Below, piece by piece: positions 36,501 through 51,500 of a stretch of 64,000 bases of DNA (the first letter of the stretch is position 1; each line of letters begins with the position of its first letter). The position numbers were made by a program, and so were the translations under genes. Origin of the DNA: Squalus acanthias (taxonomy: Eukaryota); the NCBI GenBank assembly GCA_030390025.1, contig CM059438.1, forward strand, positions 61,196,001 through 61,260,000. The letters are read 5' to 3'. The notes under the pieces were generated by a model, which saw only the letters and a program-made list of their open reading frames with translations, had not been told where the DNA came from and did no database searches.

Positions 36501-39500
36501 CAGACACTTCCCCTCATCACCAGACACTTCCCCTCATCACCAGACACTTCCTCACATCACCAGACTCTTCCCCTCATCACCAGACTCTTCCCCTCATCAC
36601 CAGACTCTTCCCCTCATCACCAGACTCTTCCCCTCATCACCAGACTCTTCCTCAGAACACCAGACTCTTCCCCTCATCTCCAGACTCTTCCTCACATCAC
36701 CAGACTCTTCGTCACATCACCAGACTCTTCCTCACATCACCAGACTCTTCCTCACATCACCAGACACTTCCTCACATCATCAGACTCTTCCTCACATCAT
36801 CAGACTCTTCCCTCATCACCAGACTCTTCCCCTCATCACCAGACCCTTCCCCTCATCACCAGACTATTCCTCACATCACCAGACTCTTCCTCACATCACC
36901 AGACTCTTCCTCACATCACCAGACTCTTCCTCACATCACCAGACTCTTCATCACATCACCAGACTCTTCATCACATCACCAGACTCTTCATCACATCACC
37001 AGACTCTTCCCTCATCACCAGACTCCTCCCCTCATCACCAGACTCTTCCTCACATCCCCAGACTCTTCCTCACATCACCAGACTCTTCCCCTCATCCCCA
37101 GACTCTTCCCCTCATCACCAGGCTCTTCCCCTCATCACCAGACTCTTCCTCACATCACCAGACTCTTCCTCACATCACCAGACTCTTCCCCTCATCAACC
37201 AGACCCTTCCCCTCATCACCAGACGCTTCCCCTTATCACCGGACTCTTCCTCACATCACCGGACTCTTCCTCACATCACCGGACTCTTCCCCTCATCACC
37301 AGACTCTTCCTCACATCACCAGACTCTTCCTCACATCACCAGACTCTTCCTCACATCACCAGGCTCTACCCCTCATCACCAGACTCTTCCCCTCATCACC
37401 AGACCCTTCCCCTCATCACCAGATGCTTCCCCTTATCACCGGACTCTTCCTCACATCACCAGACTCTTCCTCACATCACCAGACGCTTCCTCACATCACC
37501 AGACTCTTCCCCTCATCACCAGACTCTTCCCATCATCACCAGACTCTTCACCACATCACCAGACTCTTCCTCACATCACAAGGCTCTTCCTCACATCACC
37601 AGACTCTTCCTCACATCACCAGACTCTTCCTCACATCACCAGACTCTTCCTCACATCACCAGACTCTTCCTCACATCAACCAGACTCTTCCTCACATCAC
37701 AAGGCTCTTCCCCTCATCACCAGACTCTTCCCCTCATCATCAGACACTTCCTCAGAACACCAGACTCTTCCCCTCATCTCCAGACTCATCCTCACATCAC
37801 CAGACTCTTCGTCACATCATCAGACTCTTCGTCACATCACCAGACTCTTCCTCACATCACCAGACTCTTCCTCACATCACCAGACTCTTCCGCTCATCTC
37901 CAGAATCTTGATCACATCACCAGACTCTTACTCACATCACCAGCCTCCTCCTCACATCACCAGACTCTTCCTCACATCACCAGACTATTCCTCACATCAC
38001 CAGACTCTTTCTCACATCACCAGACTCTTCCTCACATCACCAGACTCTTCCTCACATCACCAGACTCTTCATCACATCACCAGACTCTTCATCACATCAC
38101 CAGACTCTTCCCTCATCACCAGACTCCTCCCCTCATCACCAGACTCTTCCTCACATCCCCAGACTCTTCCTCACATCACCAGACTCTTCCCCTCATCCCC
38201 AGACTCTTCCCCTCATCACCAGGCTCTTCCCCTCATCACCAGACTCTTCCTCACATCACCAGACTCTTCCTCACATCACCAGACTCTTCCCCTCATCAAC
38301 CAGACCCTTCCCCTCATCACCAGACGCTTCCCCTTATCACCGGACTCTTCCTCACATCACCGGACTCTTCCTCACATCACCGGACTCTTCCCCTCATCAC
38401 CAGACTCTTCCTCACATCACCAGACTCTTCCTCACATCACCAGACTCTTCCTCACATCACCAGACTCTTCCTCACATCACCAGGCTCTACCCCTCATCAC
38501 CAGACCCTTCCCCTCATCACCAGATGCTTCCCCTTATCACCGGACTCTTCCTCACATCACCAGACTCTTCCTCACATCACCAGACGCTTCCTCACATCAC
38601 CAGACTCTTCCCCTCATCACCAGACTCTTCCCATCATCACCAGACTCTTCACCACATCACCAGACTCTTCCTCACATCACAAGGCTCTTCCTCACATCAC
38701 CAGACTCTTCCTCACATCACCAGACTCTTCCTCACATCACCAGACTCTTCCTCACATCACCAGACTCTTCCTCACATCAACCAGACTCTTCCTCACATCA
38801 CAAGGCTCTTCCCCTCATCACCAGACTCTTCCCCTCATCATCAGACACTTCCTCAGAACACCAGACTCTTCCCCTCATCTCCAGACTCATCCTCACATCA
38901 CCAGACTCTTCGTCACATCATCAGACTCTTCGTCACATCACCAGACTCTTCGTCACATCACCAGACTCTTCCTCACATCACCAGACTCTTCCGCTCATCT
39001 CCAGAATCTTGATCACATCACCAGACTCTTACTCACATCACCAGCCTCCTCCTCACATCACCAGACTCTTCCTCACATCACCAGACTCTTCCTCACATCA
39101 ACCAGACTGTTCCTCACATCACAAGGCTCTTCCCTCATCACCAGACTCTTCCCCTCATCACCAGACACTTCCTCAGAACACCAGACTCTTCCCCTCATCT
39201 CCAGACGCATCCTCACATCACCAGACTCTTCGTCACATCACCAGACTCTTCCTCTCATCACCAGGCTCTTCCCCTCATCACCAGACACTTCCACATATCA
39301 CCAGGCTCTACCCCTCATCACCAGACTCTTACTCACATCTCCAGACACTTCTCCTCATCACCAGACTCTTCCTCACATCTCCAGACACTTCCCCTCATCA
39401 CCAGACCATTCCTCACATCACTAGACTCTTCCTCACATCACCAGATTCTTCCCCTCATCACCAGGCTCTTCCTCACATCACCAAGCTCTTCCCCTCATCA

Positions 39501-42500
39501 AAAGGCTCGTCCTCACTTCACAAGGCTCTTCCTCACATCACCAGACTCGTCCTCACATCACAAGACTCTTCCTCACATCACCAGACTCTTCCCCTCATCG
39601 CCAGACTCTTCCCCTCATCACCAGGCTCTTCCCCTCATCACCAGACTCTTCCCCTCATCACCAGACTCTTCCCCTCATCACCAGACTCTTCCCCTCATCA
39701 CCAGACTCTTCCTCACATCACCAGACTCTTCCTCACATCACCAGACTCTTCCCCTCATCCCCAGACTCTTCCCCTCATCCCCAGACTCTTCCCCTCATCA
39801 CCAGACTCTTTCCCTCATCACCAGACTCTTCCTCACATCACCAGACTCTTCCTCACATCACCAGACTCTTCCCCTCATCACCAGGCTCTTCCCCTCATCA
39901 CCAGGCTCTTCCTTACATCACCAGACTCTTCCTCACATCACCAGACTCTTCCTCACACACCAGACTCTTCCCTCATCACCAGACTCTTCCCCTCATCACC
40001 AGACTCTTCCTCACATCACCAGCCTCTTCCCCTCATCTCCAGACTCTTCCCCTCATCACCGGACTCTTCCTCACATCACCAGACTCTTCCCCTCATTACC
40101 AGACTCTTCCTCACATCACCAGACTCTTCCCCTCATCTCCAGACTCTTCCCCTCATCACCAGACTCTTCCCCTCATCACCAGACCCTTCCCCTCATCACC
40201 AGACGCTTCCCCTTATCACCGGACTCTTCCTCACATCACCAGACTCTTCCTCACATCACCAGACGCTTCCTCACATCACCAGACTCTTCCCCTCATCACC
40301 AGACTCTTCCCATCATCACCAGACTCTTCACCACATCACCAGACTCTTCCTCACATCACAAGGCTCTTCCTCACATCACCAGACTCTTCCTCACATCACC
40401 AGACTCTTCCTCACATCACCAGACTCTTCCTCACATCAACCAGACTCTTCCTCACATCACAAGGCTCTTCCCCTCATCACCAGACTCTTCCCCTCATCAC
40501 CAGACACTTCCTCAGAACACCAGACTCTTTACCTCATCTCCAGACGCATCCTCACATCACCAGACTCTTCGTCACATCACCAGACTCTTCCTCACATCAC
40601 CAGGCTCTTCCCCTCATCACCAGACACTTCCTCATATCACCAGGCTCTACCCCTCATCACCAGACTCTTACTCACGTCTCCAGACACTTCTCCTCATCAC
40701 CAGACTCTTCCTCACATCTCCAGACACTTCCCCTCATCACCAGACCATTCCTCACATCACTAGACTCTTCCTCACATCACCAGATTCTTCCCCTCATCAC
40801 CAGGCTCTTCCTCACATCACCGGTCTCTTCCCCACATCACCAGACTCTTCCTCACATCACCAGACTCTTCCTGACATCAACCAGACTCTTCCCCTCATCA
40901 CCAGACTCGTCCCCTCATCAACAGACTCTTCCCCTGATCACCAGACTCTTCCTCACATCACCAGACTCTTCCCCTCATCACCAGACTCTTCCCCACATCA
41001 CCAGACTCTTTCCCTCATCACCAGACTCTTCCCCTCATCACCAGACTCTTCCCCACATCACCAGACTCTTCCCCTCATCACCAGACTCTTCCCCACATCA
41101 CCAGACTCTTCCCCTCATCACCAGACTCTTCCTCACATCACCAGACTCTTCCCCTCATCACCAGACTCTTCCCCTCATCACCAGACACTTCCCCTCATCA
41201 CCAGACACTTCCTCACATCACCAGACTCTTCCCCTCATCACCAGACTCTTCCCCTCATCACCAGACTCTTCCCCTCATCACCAGACTCTTCCCCTCATCA
41301 CCAGACACTTCCTCAGAACACCAGACTCTTCCCCTCATCTCCAGACTCATCCTCACATCACCAGACTCTTCGTCACATCACCAGACTCTTCCTCACATCA
41401 CCAGACTCTTCCTCACATCACCAGACTGTTCCTCACATCACCAGACTCTTCCGCTCATCTCCAGAATCTTGATCACATCACCAGACTCTTACTCACATCA
41501 CCAGGCTCTTCCCCTCATCACCAGACACTTCCTCACATCACCAGGCTCTACCCCTCATCACCAGACTCTTACTCACATCTCCAGACACTTCCCCTCATCA
41601 CCAGAATCTTCCTCACATCACCGGACTCTTCCCCTCATCACCAGACTCTTCCTCACATCACCAGACTCTTCCTGACATCAACCAGACTCTTCCTCACATC
41701 ACCAGGCTCTACCCCTCATCGCCAGACTCTTACTCACATCACCAGACACTTCCCCTCATCACCAGAATCTTCCTCACATCACCGGACTCTTCCCCTCATC
41801 ACCAGACTCTTCCTCACATCACCAGACTCTTCCTGACATCAACCAGACTCGTCCCCTCATCAACAGACTCTTCCCCTGATCACCAGACTCTTCCCCTCAT
41901 CACCAGACTCTTCCCCTGATCACCAGACTCTTCCTCACATCACCAGACACTTCCTCACATCACCAGACTCTTCCTCACAGTACCAGACTCTTCCCCACAT
42001 CAGCAGACTCTTCCTCACATCACCAGACTCTTCCCCTCATCACCAGACTCTTCCTCACATCACCAGACTCTTCCCCTCATCACCAGACTCTTCCCCACAT
42101 CACCAGACTCTTTCTCTCATCACCAGACTCTTCCCCTCATCACCAGACTCTTCCCCTGATCACCAGACTCTTCCTCACATCACCAGACACTTCCTCACAT
42201 CACCAGACTCTTCCTCACAGTACCAGACTCTTCCCCACATCAGCAGACTCTTCCTCACATCACCAGACTCTTCCCCTCATCACCAGACACTTCCCCACAT
42301 CACCAGACTCTTCCCCTCATCACCAGATTCTTCCCCTCATCACCAGACTCTTCCTCACATCCCAAGACTCTTACACACATCACCAGACTCTTCCCCACAT
42401 CACCAGACTCTTTCTCTCATCACCAGACTCTTCCCCTCATCTCCAGACTCATCCTCACATCACCAGACTCATCCTCACATCACCAGACTCTTCCTCACAT

Positions 42501-45500
42501 CACCAGACTCTTCCTCACATCACCAGACTGTTCCTCACATCACCAGACTCTTCCGCTCATCTCCAGAATCTTGATCACATCACCAGACTCTTACTCACAT
42601 CACCAGCCTCCTCCTCACATCACCAGACTCTTCCGCTCTCCTCCAGAATCTTGATCACATCACCAGACTCTTACTCACATCACCAGCCTCCTCCTCACAT
42701 CACCAGACTCTTCCGCTCATCTCCAGAATCTTGATCACATCACCAGACTCTTACTCACATCACCAGCCTCCTCCTCACATCACCAGACTCTTCCTCACAT
42801 CACCAGACTCTTCCTCACATCAACCAGACTGTTCCTCACATCACAAGGCTCTTCCCCTCATCACCAGACTCTTCCCCTCATCACCAGACACTTCCTCAGA
42901 ACACCAGACTCTTCCCCTGATCTCCAGACGCCTCCTCACATCACCAGACTCTTCGTCACATCACCAGACTCTTCCTCACATCACCAGGCTCTTCCCCTCA
43001 TCACCAGACACTTCCTCACATCACCAGGCTCTACCCCTCATCACCAGACTCTTACTCACATCTCCAGACACTTCCCCTCATCACCAGAATCTTCCTCACA
43101 TCACCGGACTCTTCCCCTCATCACCAGACTCTTCCTCACATCACCAGACTCTTCCTGACATCAACCAGACTCTTCCTCACATCACCAGGCTCTACCCCTC
43201 ATCGCCAGACTCTTACTCACATCACCAGACACTTCCCCTCATCACCAGAATCTTCCTCACATCACCGGACTCTTCCCCTCATCACCAGACTCTTCCTCAC
43301 ATCACCAGACTCTTCCTGACATCAACCAGACTCGTCCCCTCATCAACAGACTCTTCCCCTGATCACCAGACTCTTCCCCTCATCACCAGACTCTTCCCCT
43401 GATCACCAGACTCTTCCTCACATCACCAGACACTTCCTCACATCACCAGACTCTTCCTCTCAGTACCAGACTCTTCCCCACATCAGCAGACTCTTCCTCA
43501 CATCACCAGACTCTTCCCCTCATCACCAGACTCTTCCTCACATCACCAGACTCTTCCCCTCATCACCAGACTCTTCCCCACATCACCAGACTCTTTCTCT
43601 CATCACCAGACTCTTCCCCTCATCACCAGACTCTTCGTCACATCACCAGACTCTTCCTCTCATCACCAGGCTCTTCCCCTCATCACCAGACACTTCCTCA
43701 TATCACCAGGCTCTACCCCTCATCACCAGACTCTTACTCACATCTCCAGACACTTCTCCTCATCACCAGACTCTTCCTCACATCTCCAGACACTTCCCCT
43801 CATCACCAGACCATTCCTCACATCACTAGACTCTTCCTCACATCACCAGATTCTTCCCCTCATCACCAGGCTCTTCCTCACATCACCAAGCTCTTCCCCT
43901 CATCAAAAGGCTCGTCCTCACTTCACAAGGCTCTTCCTCACATCACCAGACACATCCTCACTTCACAAGACTCTTCCCCACATCACCAGACTCTTCCCCT
44001 CATCCCCAGACTCTTCCCCTCATCACCAGGCTCTTCCCCTCATCACCAGACTCTTCCCCTCATCACCAGACTCTTCCTCACATCACCAGACTCTTCCTCA
44101 CATCACCAGACTCTTCCCCTCATCACCAGGCTCTTCCTTACATCACCAGACACTTCCTCACATCACCAGACTCTTCCTCACATCACCAGACTCTTCCTCA
44201 CATCACCAGACTCTTCCCCTCATCACCAGGCTCTTCCTTACATCACCAGACTCTTCCTCACATCACCAGACTCTTCCTCACACACCAGACTCTTCCCTCA
44301 TCACCAGACTCTTCCCCTCATCACCAGACTCTTCCTCACATCACCAGCCTCTTCCCCTCATCTCCAGACTCTTCCCCTCATCACCGGACTCTTCCTCACA
44401 TCACCAGACTCTTCCCCTCATTACCAGACTCTTCCTCACATCACCAGACTCTTCCCCTCATCTCCAGACTCTTCCCCTCATCACCAGACTCTTCCCCTCA
44501 TCACCAGACCCTTCCCCTCATCACCAGACGCTTCCCCTTATCACCGGACTCTTCCTCACATCACCAGACTCTTCCTCACATCACCAGACGCTTCCTCACA
44601 TCACCAGACTCTTCCCCTCATCACCAGACTCTTCCCATCATCACCAGACTCTTCACCACATCACCAGACTCTTCCTCACATCACAAGGCTCTTCCTCACA
44701 TCACCAGACTCTTCCTCACATCACCAGACTCTTCCTCACATCACCAGACTCTTCCTCACATCAACCAGACTCTTCCTCACATCACAAGGCTCTTCCCCTC
44801 ATCACCAGACTCTTCCCCTCATCACCAGACACTTCCTCAGAACACCAGACTCTTTACCTCATCTCCAGACGCATCCTCACATCACCAGACTCTTCGTCAC
44901 ATCACCAGACTCTTCCTCACATCACCAGGCTCTTCCCCTCATCACCAGACACTTCCTCATATCACCAGGCTCTACCCCTCATCACCAGACTCTTACTCAC
45001 GTCTCCAGACACTTCTCCTCATCACCAGACTCTTCCTCACATCTCCAGACACTTCCCCTCATCACCAGACCATTCCTCACATCACTAGACTCTTCCTCAC
45101 ATCACCAGATTCTTCCCCTCATCACCAGGCTCTTCCTCACATCACCGGTCTCTTCCCCTCATCACCAGACTCTTCCCCTCATCACCAGACTCTTCCCCAC
45201 ATCACCAGACTCTTCCCCTCATCACCAGACTCTTCCCCACATCACCAGACTCTTCCCCTCATCACCAGACTCTTCCTCACATCACCAGACTCTTCCCCTC
45301 ATCACCAGACTCTTCCCCTCATCACCAGACACTTCCCCTCATCACCAGACACTTCCTCACATCACCAGACTCTTCCCCTCATCACCAGACTCTTCCCCTC
45401 ATCACCAGACTCTTCCCCTCATCACAAGACACTTCCTCAGAACACCAGACTCTTCCCCTCATCTCCAGACTCATCCTCACATCACCAGACTCTTCGTCAC

Positions 45501-48500
45501 ATCACCAGACTCTTCCTCACATCACCAGACTCTTCCTCACATCACCAGACTGTTCCTCACATCACCAGACTCTTCCGCTCATCTCCAGAATCTTGATCAC
45601 ATCACCAGACTCTTACTCACATCACCAGGCTCTTCCCCTCATCACCAGACACTTCCTCACATCACCAGGCTCTACCCCTCATCACCAGACTCTTACTCAC
45701 ATCTCCAGACACTTCCCCTCATCACCAGAATCTTCCTCACATCACCGGACTCTTCCCCTCATCACCAGACTCTTCCTCACATCACCAGACTCTTCCTCAC
45801 ATCACCAGACTCTTCCTGACATCAACCAGACTCTTCCTCACATCACCAGGCTCTACCCCTCATCGCCAGACTCTTACTCACATCACCAGACACTTCCCCT
45901 CATCACCAGAATCTTCCTCACATCACCGGACTCTTCCCCTCATCACCAGACTCTTCCTCACATCACCAGACTCTTCCTGACATCAACCAGACTCGTCCCC
46001 TCATCAACAGACTCTTCCCCTGATCACCAGACTCTTCCCCTCATCACCAGACTCTTCCCCTGATTACCAGACTCTTCCTCACATCACCAGACACTTCCTC
46101 ACATCACCAGACTCTTCCTCTCAGTACCAGACTCTTCCCCACATCAGCAGACTCTTCCTCACATCACCAGACTCTTCCCCTCATCACCAGACTCTTCCTC
46201 ACATCACCAGACTCTTCCCCTCATCACCAGACTCTTCCCCACATCACCAGACTCTTTCTCTCATCACCAGACTCTTCCCCTCATCACCAGACACTTCACC
46301 ACATCACCACACTCTTCCCCTCATCACCAGATTCTTCCCCTCATCACCAGACTCTTCCTCACATCCCAAGACTCTTACACACATCACCAGACTCTTCCCC
46401 ACATCACCAGACTCTTTCTCTCATCACCAGACTCTTCCCCTCATCTCCAGACTCATCCTCACATCACCAGACTCTTCGTCACATCACCAGACTCTTCCTC
46501 ACATCACCAGACTCTTCCTCACATCACCAGACTGTTCCTCACATCACCAGACTCTTCCGCTCATCTCCAGAATCTTGATCACATCACCAGACTCTTACTC
46601 ACATCACCAGCCTCCTCCTCACATCACCAGACTCTTCCGCTCTCCTCCAGAATCTTGATCACATCACCAGACTCTTACTCACATCACCAGCCTCCTCCTC
46701 ACATCACCAGACTCTTCCGCTCATCTCCAGAATCTTGATCACATCACCAGACTCTTACTCACATCACCAGCCTCCTCCTCACATCACCAGACTCTTCCTC
46801 ACATCACCAGACTCTTCCTCACATCAACCAGACTGTTCCTCACATCACAAGGCTCTTCCCCTCATCACCAGACTCTTCCCCTCATCACCAGACACTTCCT
46901 CAGAACACCAGACTCTTCCCCTGATCTCCAGACGCCTCCTCACATCACCAGACTCTTCGTCACATCACCAGACTCTTCCTCACATCACCAGGCTCTTCCC
47001 CTCATCACCAGACACTTCCTCACATCACCAGGCTCTACCCCTCATCACCAGACTCTTACTCACATCTCCAGACACTTCCCCTCATCACCAGAATCTTCCT
47101 CACATCACCGGACTCTTCCCCTCATCACCAGAATCTTCCTCACATCACCAGACTCTTCCTGACATCAACCAGACTCTTCCTCACATCACCAGGCTTTACC
47201 CCTCATCGCCAGACTCTTACTCACATCACCAGACACTTCCCCTCATCACCAGAATCTTCCTCACATCACCGGACTCTTCCCCTCATCACCAGACTCTTCC
47301 TCACATCACCAGACTCTTCCTGACATCAACCAGACTCGTCCCCTCATCAACAGACTCTTCCCCTGATCACCAGACTCTTCCCCTCATCACCAGACTCTTC
47401 CCCTGATCACCAGACTCTTCCTCACATCACCAGACACTTCCTCACATCACCAGACACTTCCTCTCAGTACCAGACTCTTCCCCACATCAGCAGACTCTTC
47501 CTCACATCACCAGACTCTTCCCCTCATCACCAGACTCTTCCTCACATCACCAGACTCTTCCCCTCATCACCAGACTCTTCCCCACATCACCAGACTCTTT
47601 CTCTCATCACCAGACTCTTCCCCTCATCACCAGACACTTCCCCACATCACCAGACTCTTCCCCTCATCACCAGATTCTTCCCCTCATCACCAGACTCTTC
47701 CTCACATCCCAAGACCCTTACACACATCACCAGACACTTCCCCTCATCACCAGAATCTTCCTCACATCACCGGACTCTTCCTCACATCACCGGACTCTTC
47801 CACACATCACCAGACTCTTCCTCACATCACCAGACTCTGCCCCTCATCTCCAGACTCATCCTCACATCACCAGACTCTTCGTCACATCATCAGACTCTTC
47901 GTCACATCACCAGACTCTTCGTCACATCACCACCTCTTCGTCACATCACCAGACTCTTCCTCACATCACCAGACTCTTCCGCTCATCTCCAGAATCTTGA
48001 TCACATCACCAGACTCTTACTCACATCACCAGCCTCCTCCTCACATCACCAGACTCTTCCTCACATCACCAGACTCTTCCTCACATCAACCAGACTGTTC
48101 CTCACATCACAAGGCTCTTCCCCTCATCACCAGACTCTTCCCCTCATCACCAGACACTTCCTCAGAACACCAGACTCTTCCCCTCATTTCCAGACGCATC
48201 CTCACATCACCAGACTCTTCGTCACATCACCAGACTCTTCCTCTCATCACCAGGCTCTTCCCCTCATCACCAGACACTTCCTCATATCACCAGGCTCTAC
48301 CCCTCATCACCAGACTCTTACTCACATCTCCAGACACTTCTCCTCATCACCAGACTCTTCCTCACATCTCCAGCCACTTCCCCTCATCACCAGACCATTC
48401 CTCACATCACTAGACTCTTCCTCACATCACCAGATTCTTCCCCTCATCACCAGGCTCTTCCTCACATCACCAAGCTCTTCCCCTCATCAAAAGGCTCGTC

Positions 48501-51500
48501 CTCACTTCACAAGGCTCTTCCTCACATCACCAGACACGTCCTCACTTCACAAGACTCTTCCCCACATCACCAGACTCTTCCCCTCATCCCCAGACTCTTC
48601 CCCTCATCACCAGGCTCTTCCCCTCATCACCAGACTCTTCCTCACATCACCAGACTCTTCCTCACATCACCAGACTCTTCCCCTCATCACCAGGCTCTTC
48701 CTTACATCACCAGACACTTCCTCACATCACCAGACTCTTCCTCACATCACCAGACTCTTCCCCTCATCACCAGGCTCTTCCTTACATCACCAGACTCTTC
48801 CTCACATCACCAGACTCTTCCTCACACACCAGACTCTTCCCTCATCACCAGACTCTTCCCCTCATCACCAGACTCTTCCTCACATCACCAGCCTCTTCCC
48901 CTCATCTCCAGACGCTTCCCCTCATCACCGGACTCTTCCTCACATCACCAGACTCTTCCCCTCATTACCAGACTCTTCCTCACATCACCAGATTCTTCCC
49001 CTCATCTCCAGACTCTTCCCCTCATCACCAGACTCTTCCCCTCATCACCAGACCCTTCCCCTCATCACCAGACGCTTCCCCTTATCACCGGACTCTTCCT
49101 CACATCACCAGACTCTTCCTCACATCACCAGACTCTTCCTCACATCACCAGACTCTTCCTCACATCACCAGGCTCTACCCCTCATCACCAGACTCTTCCT
49201 CGCTTCACCAGACTCTTCCCCTCATCACCAGACTCTTCCCCTCATCACCAGACCCTTCCCCTCATCACCAGATGCTTCCCCTTATCACCGGACTCTTCCT
49301 CACATCACCAGACTCTTCCTCACATCACCAGACGCTTCCTCACATCACCAGACTCTTCCCCTCATCACCAGACTCTTCCCCTCATCACCAGACTCTTCCC
49401 CTCATCACCAGACTCTTCCCATCATCACCAGACTCTTCACCACATCACCAGACTCTTCCTCACATCACAAGGCTCTTCCTCACATCACCAGACTCTTCCT
49501 CACATCACCAGACTCTTCCTCACATCACCAGACTCTTCCTCACATCACCAGACTCTTCCTCACATCAACCAGACTGTTCCTCACATCACAAGGCTCTTCC
49601 CCTCATCACCAGACTCTTCCCCTCATCACCAGACACTTCCTCAGAACACCAGACTCTTCCCCTCATCTCCAGACGCATCCTCACATCACCAGGCTCTTCC
49701 CCTCATCACCAGACACTTCCTCATATCACCAGGCTCTACCCCTCATCACCAGACTCTTACTCACGTCTCCAGACACTTCTCCTCATCACCAGACTCTTCC
49801 TCACATCTCCAGACACTTCCCCTCATCACCAGACCATTCCTCACATCACTAGACTCTTCCTCACATCACCAGATTCTTCCCCTCATCACCAGGCTCTTCC
49901 TCACATCACCAAGCTCTTCCCCTCATCAAAAGACTCGTCCTCACTTCACAAGGCTCTTCCTCACATCACCAGACTCGTCCTCACATCACAAGACTCTTCC
50001 TCACATCACCAGACACTTCCCCTCATCACCAGAATCTTCCTCACATCACCGGACTCTTCCCCTCATCACCAGACTCTTCCTCACATCACCAGACTCTTCC
50101 TGACATCAACCAGACTCTTCCCCTCATCACCAGACTCGTCCCCTCATCAACAGACTCTTCCCCTGATCACCAGACTCTTCCTCACATCACCAGACTCTTC
50201 CCCTTATCACCAGACTCTTCCCCTGATCACCAGACTCTTCCTCACATCACCAGACTCTTCCTCACATCACCAGACTCTTCCCCTCAGTACCAGGCTCCTC
50301 CCCACATCACCAGACTCTTCCTCACATCACCAGACTCTTGCCCTCATCACCAGACTCTTCCTCACATCACCAGACTCTTCCCCTCATCACCAGACTCTTC
50401 CCCTCATCACCAGACACTTCCCCTCATCACCAGACACTTCCCCTCATCACCAGACACTTCCTCACATCACCAGACTCTTCCCCTCATCACCAGACTCTTC
50501 CCCTCATCACCAGACTCTTCCCCTCATCACCAGACTCTTCCCCTCATCACCAGACACTTCCTCAGAACACCAGACTCTTCCCCTCATCTCCAGACTCATC
50601 CTCACATCACCAGACTCTTCGTCACATCACCAGACTCTTCCTCACATCACCAGACTCTTCCTCACATCACCAGACTGTTCCTCACATCACCAGACTCTTC
50701 CGCTCATCTCCAGAATCTTGATCACATCACCAGACTCTTACTCACATCACCAGCCTCCTCCTCACATCACCAGACTCTTCCGCTCTCCTCCAGAATCTTG
50801 ATCACATCACCAGACTCTTACTCACATCACCAGCCTCCTCCTCACATCACCAGACTCTTCCGCTCATCTCCAGAATCTTGATCACATCACCAGACTCTTA
50901 CTCACATCACCAGCCTCCTCCTCACATCACCAGACTCTTCCTCACATCACCAGACTCTTCCTCACATCAACCAGTCTGTTCCTCACATCACAAGGCTCTT
51001 CCCCTCATCACCAGACTCTTCCCCTCATCACCAGACACTTCCTCAGAACACCAGACTCTTCCCCTGATCTCCAGACGCCTCCTCACATCACCAGACTCTT
51101 CGTCACATCACCAGACTCTTCCTCACATCACCAGGCTCTTCCCCTCATCACCAGACACTTCCTCACATCACCAGGCTCTACCCCTCATCACCAGACTCTT
51201 ACTCACATCTCCAGACACTTCCCCTCATCACCAGAATCTTCCTCACATCACCGGACTCTTCCCCTCATCACCAGACTCTTCCTCACATCACCAGACTCTT
51301 CCTGACATCAACCAGACTCTTCCTCACATCACCAGGCTCTACCCCTCATCGCCAGACTCTTACTCACATCACCAGACACTTCCCCTCATCACCAGAATCT
51401 TCCTCACATCACCGGACTCTTCCCCTCATCACCAGACTCTTCCTCACATCACCAGACTCTTCCCCTCATCACCAGACTCTTCCCCACATCACCAGACTCT

